Origin: Ginglymostoma cirratum
Lineage: Eukaryota
Direction: 5' to 3'
NCBI GenBank assembly: GCA_024137785.1
Contig: JAHRHZ010000013.1
Location: 11,434,425 to 11,498,424, forward strand
DNA length: 64,000 nucleotides
The notes beneath the pieces were generated by a model. The model saw only the letters and a program-made list of their open reading frames with translations, was not told where the DNA came from and did not search any database. The position numbers and the translations under genes are program-made. This document shows, piece by piece, positions 39,515 to 50,155 of the stretch (positions are counted from its first letter, which is position 1; every line of letters begins with the position of its first letter).

Positions 39515-39700
39515 GAAAGAAATAACTTGTATTTATGTAGCACCCTTAATGACATTAGCAGTTCTCACAGCATTTTATACCCAATGCCGTCCCAGGCATA
39601 ATGTAGGAAATGCAGCTGCCAATATGCACAGAACAAGTTCTGGCAAACAGCAACGGGATAGTGATCAGATAATCTGCTTCTCTTGGAATGATTGCAAGTA
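39515..39700 (-). mobile_element. Deu-domain SINE 3' fragment
   Basis: aacttgtatttatgtagcacc...aatgtaggaaatgcagctgccaatatgcaca...gatcagataatctg. Confidence 0.65.
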
Positions 39701-40334
39701 CTGAGATGTGATAATAAAGGAGAATGTAGAAGTGGGTACATGACACAAAGGTAACCATGAGTGGAAGGGGTTCTGTGGAGTGGTGCTGGGGACAAAGATG
39801 GAGCAAAGAGTGGGATGGAGGAAAGGGGAATGCACAGGGGGGCACAAGGAGTTTGTATTAGGAAAATGTGGAGTTGGCAGCTATTAACCAAAGTTATTCA
39901 TAACTTCCACTCATTTTCTCCAATAACCTCCTATAATTCGCATAGTCATCCCTGCACAATCATCATACATTCAATCCTCTCTCTCCTAACTCCTTATTTC
40001 CTGTTTTCAGAAAATACAATATTATTATTTTATAGTTATTTCCAGCTACCTACATGCAATAGTTTAAAGAAGCAGACTTCTGCCTGGTCTACATGGAGAC
40101 TTTTGAGTTGCTGCAAGGCCACTCGGTTTCAAGAAAACATTAATCCCAATCTCTCACAATGATGCCCACATCATTGCTCCTAAACTTGTCTGTGTGTTCA
40201 ATGTGACTGGCCCTGTTAAGCTTTTTGTTGATGGTGATTTGGATGATTCAGCAATAGAGATCCATTGAACTTCTTGATGGGAATGTTTATTGTCTGGCAT
40301 TCATTTTGCAAAATAACCACCTCTCGCACTCAAT

Positions 40335-41090
40335 CCCTGTGGCTCAGTTGATAGCACTTTTTTTATTTCAAAAATATACTCTATTCATGAAAATGTCTTT
40401 TTTTAATACATAATACATACATAAATGCAGTTTGGTTCTGTACAGTAGCATAGCAAGGAAACAAACAAGCACCGGGGTTTGACTCCAAAGGCGTCTCTTA
40501 CTTGAGCAAGACTACATATGCATGCATTTGAGGCTCTATAAGGGTCCAAAAACTGAATGCACTCCAGTTTAACTTCAGCAGAAGGACCTCAGATGATAGC
40601 CTTTCCCCATTGGACCTGAGCAGCAGCTGCCCCAGGCTTTATTGCATCCCTCAGCACATGGTGCTGTACCTTGGAAAGTGCCAGTATGCAACATTCAGTC
40701 AAGGTCAACTCTTTTTATCTCTAACCTGTGATGTTCAGGTTCAAATCTCATTCTAGTGTTTAGGTATGAGATTCTCAGCTGATAGTGCAGCAATGAGCGA
40801 GTACTGCATTGTTGGAGTTACTGTCTTTCATATGAACTGTTATGCCAAGGCTGCTTGAAAAGCTGCCTGCTCAGGTGGGTATAAAATAATCCATTTAAAA
40901 GCAGAGTAGGGAAGTCTTACCCAGTATTTATCCCTCAATACACAGTCAACTTGGTTGTTCTCACATTGCTGTTCGCTATGGATTGCTGTTACACTTACTG
41001 CGTTGCAACAGTGACTTCCTGAGCTGTATGGCTTTTTTGAGACATTCAGTGGTGGTGAGAAATGCTACAGAAAACAAAAGTATTGCTTTT
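40335..41090 (+). mobile_element. Deu-domain SINE (SacSINE1-like) split by a Tx1/L1 insertion
   Basis: A-box gtggctcagttgatagcac (about 40339-40357) and B-box ggttcaaat (40738-40746) lie on opposite sides of the insertion. Deu-like body follows (gtactgcattgttggag, tatttatccctcaa, cacattgctgtt). Confidence 0.7.
40358..40714 (-). mobile_element. 5'-truncated Tx1/L1-clade LINE 3' end with poly(A)
   Basis: Minus strand KELTLTECCILALSKVQHHVLRDAIKPGAAAAQVQWGKAII* is a Tx1-type ORF2 C-terminus, followed by a 3' UTR and A-tail (T-run at 40358). Confidence 0.8.
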
Positions 41091-41119
41091 CTCTTTCTCC
41101 TGTAGGTTGGCATGGACTG

Positions 41120-41460
41120 ACTCATTATCGAAAAGAGCTGTGAATGAGACTGCGCATCATGAGATTGTCAGCAAACAGGCCACTACTGCCACTCTCTGAA
41201 AAGATGATCACTGATGATGTGGTGAAGAGTAGTTCTCAAGACATTAACTTGAGGAATTCCTACAGCAATGGCCTGGCTCCACGATGATTAACCTCTGATA
41301 ACCATAACCATTTTCCTTTGTATCTTCCACTGGAAGGTTATCCCTTTGACCTCCATTGACCTCAGTTTTCTTAAGGGCTATTTCATATCATACTGGTTCA
41401 AATGTTACTTTGATATCGAGAGCAGGCACTCCGATCTCTCCTCTGGAATTGTCTATTTAC
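41120..41460 (-). mobile_element. Non-LTR RT fragment
   Basis: Minus-strand ALDIK...F, GIPQ and FADN motifs, collinear. Confidence 0.65.
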
Positions 41461-41844
41461 CCACAATTTATTTCACAGCAAGCAAAGTTGTGGTTTTAAA
41501 GAAATATTGCTCAGTTTAAATGGCAGAGTACAAATTCCGAATTACATTGTGTAATGTCATTACAGCAGATCATCTGATTTACTGCCAACAATGTCACTGT
41601 GCTACTGCTACTGATCTATTCAAAAGTGTCCATCAGCTCAAGCAGACATTAATGTTATGAATCAGTCAGATATTGCACTTTGCTTCAGTTGCAGCATAAC
41701 AGTATGCTGCCTGCAGCTTCTGGGCTATAAAGTGAAACTGACAATCCAATGCAGCCTGTAATAGTACCCTCAACAAAATTTTAAAGTGAAGGGCAGCAGT
41801 CTATGTTCACTTAAAGTAACAGGATTGTTGTCAGCTTTGAGCTG

Positions 41845-42250
41845 GAATTTGGTGGGAATTTATCTTGGCTCCCAATCAGGAAGTTGTGAGTTTAAGCTCC
41901 ATTCCAGTGATATTTATACACCATAGCAGTACTGGGAGGTGTACAACACTGTCAGAGGTGTGCTCGGTAAGATCAGATCATAAACCAGGAAATTCCACGC
42001 TGTACATCTCTATGACTCTGTGACTCCAAGTGCCCTATCTGCCCTCTGATACCAATATCAACACTGCCATTGTGTTTGTCCCTGTGTCCTCACTAATATT
42101 AGTCCCCCAGCTAACGTCAATTTTAAAAAATGTTCCTTTGGTGAAGTTGCTGTGCATAAATTGACTGCTACAATGTAACTAATTACATTGCTCAGCTACT
42201 TTGTTCACTATGAAGTCCTTTGGAATATATAAATGCAAGTATTTTCTTTA
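41845..42250 (+). mobile_element. Deu-domain SINE, decayed
   Basis: gcagtactgggagg...cactgtcagaggtg...gctgtgcataaattgactgct...atataaatgcaagt. Confidence 0.65.
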
Positions 42251-42569
42251 AAAGAATGCTAATCCTCCTGCAAAATTGTGTATCACAGGGTGTGTTACTG
42301 CTATCATAATATGACAGGGCTTCACCAGGAGAAATGCTATTGAATAGCTTCTTATATTCACAGCTTGAATTTTTTGTGTGTGGTTATCATTTGTTTCACG
42401 TAAATGTAACGAGATAAAGTATTTAAATGATGTCAGGAAACACAGCATGGTTAATCTTTCTGCTTTCCAATTCAAATTATTGTTTGCAATGTGCTAGTTT
42501 AAATGTGGGTTTATATGGGTTAACCAGAGCCAAGAATATCCAAGGTTCAGCAACTCCTATTGAATATAT

Positions 42570-42780
42570 TATCACAGAATCGTTACAGTGCAATAGAAGG
42601 CGGTTTGGCCCACCCTGTTCGCACTGACTTTCCAAATGAGCAACTCACCAAGTGCCATTCTCCCCTTGTTAGAGAAGTGTAATTGCCTATGGAAAGTCTG
42701 GATTTACCTTGCCTCCACTACGTTCTCGATCAGTGCATTCCAAACCCTCACCGCAATTTGAGAAAAGGTTTTGCTTCTTT
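42570..42780 (-). mobile_element. CR1 3' fragment
   Basis: cacagaatcgttacagtgcaatagaaggc...ttgcctccact...cagtgcattccaaaccctcacc. Confidence 0.6.
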
Positions 42781-44821
42781 TTGCAGAGGGGGGAGGGGGT
42801 GGGCGGTGGAGAGACGAATGCTGCAAGAGTAAAGGACAAGAAGGGAGGGGACGCCTTTAAATATTTCCTTTGTTAAACGACCTGCGATGAGGCAAATTTA
42901 AACTATCATAGAATGTAGCCAGAGGAAAATTGTTTAGAAAGGGGCGAAGACACGCCTTGAAGACCCCATGTCATAAACCATTTCACTTGTTTCAGTAACT
43001 TTTGTTTTCCCTCTATTCTTTTCCAACATTGTTGCCAGTTTCGGGGACAGACATGTTTATTTAGATGTGTATCTTTTAAAAGACTGACATCAAATCTGGG
43101 GCCTTCCTGTACTCTTAAGAGCATTCTGTCGACAGGCTTTCAGAGGGACTTCTTGTTGATGGAAGCGCTGTCAGGCCTGTTGTAACAGTGTACATTGGAA
43201 TTACAGAGAAATTGATCCCGGGCCAAAAACTACAGGCTCGAAAGAAGTTAAAAGCAAGCCAGAGATTTGTTTTTTAAACCATCTTTGCGTCTGAAAATTG
43301 GAATGGCAAATCAAAACTGTTGGAAAAAAAATACATCTTTGACCCCTTGATTTTACTGTCCTGCTAAAACACTTGGGCTGTAGCAGAGAATGTTATTAGT
43401 AGCAGTGGTGTGATCGAGAATGATCCGAACGGGTCCCAATAACTTGTCAGGCTTGGCAAAATACATTCACCCCGCGCACTATCAACATCTTTACAACTCA
43501 CATGAAATGTGAGGTGCATGGCGAACACTGAAAAGACCTGGATGTACAACAGACCGTCAGAAAGCGGGGAGGTTTGCATATATTTTTAATTTGGATCAGC
43601 ACAATATTGATATCATACTGCTCGCTTATGAACAAGTGCAGAGACAGACATGAGTAGGCGATTTTATATACACTGCACTCTCCCAGCGCCTGTCATTACC
43701 TAGTGATCAGCAATTAATCACATCCAGCAACAGCACACTTCAATTTTTTTTGCATATATTTCACTCTTTGTTTCCAGGTTTTGTAGACCACTCTGCTGGA
43801 ATATTCTTCTCACTCCCTTCCATTTGCAGCTTTATTGGCATGCGCTTCGAGTTATTTATTTATTCAACCTTTTTGTTTTAGATTTTACATGTTGCTTTGG
43901 TTTATCAGCGGGACATCTGTTCGGCACGGGGGAAAGAAAGTGTCAACAACTGCAGAGCTTAAACGATAATGATGTGAAATTTTCAATGCCACATCGAGGA
44001 CGTTTTAACATTTTCCATGTTAAAAGTTCTCACAAGCGCACTAAGCTATCAGCCCTGAACTCTAGCCAATTGCTGCTTTGTTTTGGAATTTTACACTGGC
44101 ATCTTCTCAGGTTAGAACAAAAAAGCAAAGTTGCGTGACGGGTCCCACCAAACTGCTGCCCTCGGAATCCTGCAAGATTGCACCTTTTGTTTTAAATGCT
44201 GTTTGAGCAGCCACATTACTGTGAGATTATATCGTTCCCACAACCTCGTGCAGTATCAATTGTGAGTGCAGATTTCATAGTTAATCGTCTCATATTTCAC
44301 ATGGTGGCAATCATATCAAAGCAGGCGTTTCTAAGGACGCTATTGTCCTGCCACATCTTCTGGACTTTAGTGGTACTGTCTTGAGCAAATACATTGCATC
44401 AAAAGTTATTCAAGCAATCTTATTTTTTTCTCACATTAATAATAGAGGGTTTTAGAATTATACCTTCCCAGAGAAGCGGTATGTCGACTTAATTTCTCAT
44501 GCAATTCCAAATGAACTAAAAGAGACTCAAGACAGAATCAACAAATGGGCAATGATGAGAAATTCATTTCGTGTCCAGCCCAGCTCCCGCGGATGTTTCC
44601 ACTGTTCTTTTAAATAGGACACTCTATTCTTTATTCTTGCTTATAGTCTTACACAGGACATTTTATTTCGACAGCTGACATAAAGTTCCTGACCTAAAGC
44701 TCCTTTAGCTGACAGCACAGCTAAGAAATCTGTCACTTTGAGCCAAGCTTCGCTATCTCTCTTTCTACAAAGAGGCGTTCAAATCTCAAGCTAAGAACAG
44801 GGCTGGAGTTGCCCTGGTGTC

Positions 44822-44838
44822 TGGCGCCTCCTGGTGGA
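44822..44838 (-). promoter_or_regulatory. CTCF binding motif
   Basis: Minus strand TCCACCAGGAGGCGCCA matches the core CCACCAG(G/A)(G/T)GGCGC with one mismatch. Confidence 0.65.
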
Positions 44839-45713
44839 AGTGAGGAAAATGTCAACGGCACTCTTGGCTAATCGACAATATTTATCTGAAAAGTCCATCG
44901 CTGCCTCTTAAAAGTTGTTGAACTTCTCGATCCCAACGTTCACCGACGTGTTTTGTTAGAGAAAAATAAATGTTCTAAAATGCGTGCGTGTGAGTTGAGG
45001 GAAGAGATTGCTATTTTTCCAATACGGAATGTGTCAACATAAATCTTGGCCAGTCCGATTGAATGGTTTCTGTTTTCATGAGCGACCACCGTTAAAAAGG
45101 CAACATTCGCGACATGTGGATTCGGCTACTCTCGAATGACTCTGAAGATACGGTAGCTGGAAAACTATAATTTAGCTATTTTTAAAACCACAACTTTCAC
45201 ATAGGTCTATAATAAAATCTAAGTTAAAATTGGAGTTGTTTATCTTAAAGTAGCATTGTTTCGATTACAGTGGTTATTTGCAAGTTTAAAATGCCATTAA
45301 ATGGGTAATCTCACTAAGACTGCACCTCAACATTTTCAAAACTTTAAAAGATATTTCAGTGGTGACTGAACCTTCGAATTTGATGGACGGTCTATTTATT
45401 ACATTTTTTCATTCACATTGAAATTATCTAAATATTGCCTTTATTTGCTATTCTATAAAGTATCATAAATAGCTTAAACATTTTTTAAAGCAGTACGCAA
45501 AATTGTGTTAAAAGTTTGCTCAGCTCGGTCCTGTAGGCAAGAAGTGCACTTCCCTGGATTGTGTGTGTGTCAATCAGCAGCCACCAGGAGAGCTGGTCTT
45601 CATCTCTCGGCAGCTACTGAACAAAACGCACTCAACCTAATGCTACTGCAACACCAAGTGCAGTCTGGCAAAACTTCAAAGATCCTTCTGTGTGCATTTG
45701 CACTATAACTTAC

Positions 45714-45794
45714 ATGTGGGGTCTTTGGCATTTCTTTACTGCTAATGACTGAAACATCTAAAGCTAGAACAGGCGAAGAAATCTTTGTCTGCAT
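45714..45794 (-). CDS. Candidate first coding segment MQTKISSPVLALDVSVISSKEMPKTPH within a 101-nt exon (45714-45814); product unknown
   Basis: Minus strand atttgcttcccag|TTGAGT...GACAAG ATG (A at -3)...CCACAT|gtaagt, a phase-0 donor, downstream of two promoter modules. No homology recognised. Confidence 0.4.
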
Positions 45795-47499
45795 CTTGTC
45801 ACTCAGACACTCAACTGGGAAGCAAATAATATGCAGCAACACTTCAAATCAACTGTTAAATGGGAGCTTAATCTGAATGTCACTCGATTCACAAATGTAA
45901 ATTGGTTGTCACCAGACAACCCAGTCTCAGCACATAAGTGTGTGAAGGTGAAGAGTGCAAAGTACGTTGTTTGACGTATTTGCAATAAATGTAACCAGTT
46001 ATTACTGTGTACAGCTATATTTCAATAAGGTTCGTTTATTATTTGTTTAAAATCCTTACACAGCATACCTCACTTTATCCAATGGACTCTCGTCAAAAAT
46101 GAAGTGCTTATACTAATGCAAGAACCTAAATACTGAAAAGCAAAATATCATTGAACTGGTGCAAAATGTGATAAAGCCACGAGGCAAAAACGAAATGTAC
46201 AGAATAATTTGACAGTCGAAATGAACGGCAATTATCTGGGCTGCGCGGCCTGCAAAACTGAACATGCGTTTAGCTGGGATATCACATTGTGGTCCCCGAA
46301 CAAACTTTGTTTCGCGTCCTACCACATATAATTAACAAAAGTTAATAAAAGCGCCTCTAAAATAAGAAACCCTCTCAATGAATTTCTCATGAGCGCAATC
46401 AGACAAGAATGACCATAAATCCAAACGGAAACATTCAACACTACAATAGAAAGTGACCACAAGATTCGCCTGCAGGGAAGAAATTGTTACATGTGGACGC
46501 TTGCTAGTGTCCTCTTTATAAAATTAACTGGTCAATGAAAAATGAGCGAATAGGCATTTATAAATCTGTAGCCACCGAAACCTCCATTTAATTGGAGGGG
46601 AACTCTGGCAAATGTAGTAATAAGAAAAAAAGTGGACGAATCATTCAATTCTGTTACTGATGATTGTTTTGTAATGTATGATATGGAAAAAAAACACCCT
46701 CGTGGAGTTTTGTAGAATCAACACGTTACTGCTGCTAGAGTTAGAATCACTGGAGAAAGATTAAAACATCTGAAAGGCAAACAGAAAGTGTTGGTTATAT
46801 TTTGGCAGTGAAGTCAGCAATAGCAAACGGAAATGTCAGACTTCTTCAAAAAATTGATGTTCAATAGGATTTGTAATAAACATAATTGAGTTAAAAAAAT
46901 AAAACAGTAATGTACTATGTTCTGCATTTCATAGCCTGTGGGTGGAATGAAATATATTCTCCGGGGATTTTTTTATTTGTGAAGCCAAGTTATTTGGCCA
47001 AATAATATAAAGGGAACAATGTTACAACACAGCAATGCGACTTTTTAAAATGTCAGTTTTTTTACATAAGTTTTATGAAACTATAAATTTATTTCTCATG
47101 TGTTGGAATATTAGTCTTGGGAACTCATTGTCTATTGCGGTTCGTGGAAGCGGACAGGGCAGAAAAACTTATTCCAACGCAAGCCTTTCAATGCCCCAAT
47201 TTAACTGATCTACAGTATTTTGCAAAGCAGCCTTTTATTCTGACCTTTAAAAATAAGTTGATGCTTCAAGCGTCTTCCTGTCATTTTTAACGTTTCCTGA
47301 ATAATTCTCATATTTTAAGATTTAAAAACGGACCGTAAATTACTTTCAGATTATTTTATGCAATAAGCGATTAGGTTGTTGTGCATCGACTAAGTCTGTG
47401 ATTTGCTCTGCAGTCGGATAAGAACGGCGGGCTTGCTCTTTCTCTGAAGCGCTATTCACGGTTCGACCGAACCACGCAAGGCTTTCTGCAAAACTGGTT

Positions 47500-47740
47500 T
47501 TGGACGCTGAGTGGCGCTCGAGTTCACCAGCGCGTCTGCGTGCAGGGGGGCGGTGAATGTGGATGAAACCGCGCCCCTGACTGTGACGTCTTTTGCTGTG
47601 ACCAATCCGGATAGGGTGGTGACGAAGCACTTTGCGAGTGGCTGACCGTTTAACAAAGAGGTGGGGCGTCTGAACTCACGTGATCCCGGGCCCACTTCCG
47701 CCTGTGACGTTGGGAAACGTGTGGCATCAGCGGAGGAGGG
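47500..47740. promoter_or_regulatory. CpG-rich promoter module
   Basis: GC box 47547-47553, CRE-like TGACGTC 47584, CCAAT 47602, TCACGTGA 47676-47683, ETS CACTTCCG 47693-47700, TGACGT 47705. Confidence 0.75.
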
Positions 47741-49024
47741 TGCAAAACGTAGGAATAGAAATTGCAGCAGCTTGGTTCGTCCTCACTTCGGGGAATCAGA
47801 GTCTCCCAGAATTAAAACATCTAATTTAATCACTTCATAGTAAAGATTGCAGTGGAAATTTATCTGAATTTTGCTGCATTAAACTGGCAAGCTAGTGACA
47901 AGACTTTTAAGCCTGGGAGGGAATATGGAGCTGATTTTTAAAATGCAGAAAGGAATGATTACAGTGTGATTAAACGGCGCCAATTTTTACATTGCACAGT
48001 GTTCTTTCTTGAAAACAAAATTTGAACTAAAAGATATGCATTACCTGGTAAACAGATCTTTATAATCTCCACAGTAACGTTTTGTTTGCAAATAGTTATT
48101 TCACGTAAATCAACTACAGAGCTGAATTGACAGGTGGGCGGGGTATGTCCTGCCCTTATGGGATAGGGATAAAGCCACAGTACGACATTGCCTGTTGGTG
48201 TTAATATAGAAAGAAGACATATATCAGCTAACAATGTACTTATTGACAAGCACAGCTCGAAGATTTGGCTACAGCTCCCGCATTTGTTCAACGTATGAGT
48301 CGCTCATGATTTGCATAATGCAGATTCTCCATCACCGAGCAAATCCTTATCACCTCATGCCGCGCTCGTCCTTTGCGTCTCCGTAAGGCGCCGAGTTAAG
48401 TCAATGCTGAAACATCTCCAACAGCATCCTACAGATTGCTCCGCGTAATCGCTAAAGTGCCATTGCCGCAACTGATTTTCTATAACAATCATTAAACCTC
48501 AAATCCGCTGTATGGCACTTAAGGCAATCTATTAAAGAATCTTCGACTGACAGTTTAAGTCTCGTTCTTCCAAATTAGGCACAAAACTATCTGACCCTTT
48601 CAAAAAACGAGGATGTTCTGATAGTCCTCGGCTGGGTAGCAAGCAGCGATCCGCCGTGAAGGAAGCTCCTCGATATAAACTGTCAAAGTGCGGGAGTGGC
48701 AGGTGCCGGTTCAATAACGGGGCTACCCTCAATCTGATAGTGGGCTGGGGGCAACCGGCAGCTACATCACCTGTGTGATTTACATTTGCACATTTTCAGC
48801 TCCTGAGAACATTTAACAAAGCATTTATCATTGGTTGATGAGATCAGAGAAAATTCACCAATCATTGTTACATCTTTAAACCTACGAGGGACATTGGACT
48901 GGGTTCTAACCTTCGAGCACTGACGGATGATTCTTGTTGATATTCCGACCATTACTCTGCATTTCACTATGTTACTTCTCTGTAGACGCGTTATTTTTAA
49001 ATATTTTCAAATCAGCTAGCTCAG

Positions 49025-49110
49025 AGATTTTGTGGCACACCTCTGGAGCAGGTGGGACTTGAACCGAGCCTCCTGGTCCAGGGGTAGTGTACTACACATC
49101 CACCACAAGA
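49025..49110 (-). mobile_element. Short tRNA-derived SINE fragment
   Basis: gagcaggtgggacttgaacc (antisense B-box); a similar fragment lies at about 35450-35485. Confidence 0.55.
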
Positions 49111-49379
49111 GATGGGTTATTTATATCCTAATTGTCTTCTGTTATATTTGCTTTTAATGAGAGACCTGTGCATTTCTTTATTTGTTTAAATACATAGCTG
49201 TTAGGAAGCTGAGATTAGGGGGGCCAGAAGCGAAGGTGTACACTGACGTTTATCTCCGAACCCCATCTTTGTCCCTGTTGCATAACATGGTAGCAAAAAC
49301 CCTCAGTGTCATGTTTTCGCCGCAGTAATCCGTAATAAATTTAGAATACCCCTCCACACGAAACAAAAACAGTCATCTA

Positions 49380-49471
49380 GAACTTTTCCAATAGGCTAAC
49401 ACCTCCAGGAGATAAACCAATCATATAGCTCAGTAGGCACTGCGCTGTGTTTACACTTCCGCTTGGTGAGT
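49380..49471 (+). promoter_or_regulatory. Promoter-like module with downstream plus-strand splice donor
   Basis: CCAAT at 49388 and 49417, FOX site TGTTTAC 49448, ETS CACTTCCG 49454, then TTG|GTGAGT at 49465/49466. Confidence 0.4.
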
Positions 49472-50066
49472 GTGTACCTGGTTAAAAACATCCTCAGTGT
49501 GGGTCACAGAATCTACCAAAAGCCCTTCATTCATCAGCCTCCCTTTGCTTGTGATGATCACAAATCTTCAATTCTCCAACCGGGGCGCAGTGTACTTCAA
49601 TAGTCTAAGGGGACTTAGGTTGACGTTGTGATGTTTTTACATTCTTCAGGGAATTGTCCAACAATGAACGGTTCCTAATGAACCGCAAGCGCATACCCTA
49701 GAACTAGTGACAACTCCAAGCAGAGAGGCTGAATTCTCTGTGGAGGAGCCTCTCTTCAGGTGAAACCATTGAAATGCCTCATGCCCAGAAATAGTAATTC
49801 GGGCATGTCACTTTTATTTGCGTACACTCTCGAACCGTGTCTAGTACTTTCTGAAAGTAACTAGTCGGGGCCTGAATCACGCAAGGATTTATTCAGAGAG
49901 CCTTATTTTCTTTTTATCCATCGGCACATTGACATTTTCGGTACGCCACAGATGTATGTGCACATTATAAACATGGGCTCCACTGCTTGCATCATTCGCC
50001 AGAATAAAAGCTCCAGTGCTGCAGTGGTGGTGGTATCCCAGTCTCTAGATTAGGAGGTCCCGTGTC

Positions 50067-50155
50067 AAGGGTCACTGGACCCGAAACGTTAACTCTGACT
50101 TCTCTCCACAGATGCTGCCCGACCTGTTGCGTTTTTGCAGCCATTTCTGTTTCAA
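50067..50155 (+). mobile_element. Short Penelope-derived element, 5'-truncated within the hammerhead core
   Basis: aagggtcactggacccgaaacgttaactctg...cagatgctgcccgacctg; CTGANG is missing. Confidence 0.75.

Noticed and set aside
42787-42810. G-rich tract as a G-quadruplex
   Set aside because: It has only three separate runs of three or more G, so it is not a canonical four-tract motif.
45714-45731. MPKT resembling the moesin N-terminus
   Set aside because: The donor falls two codons later than in ERM genes, and no following FERM-domain exon was seen.
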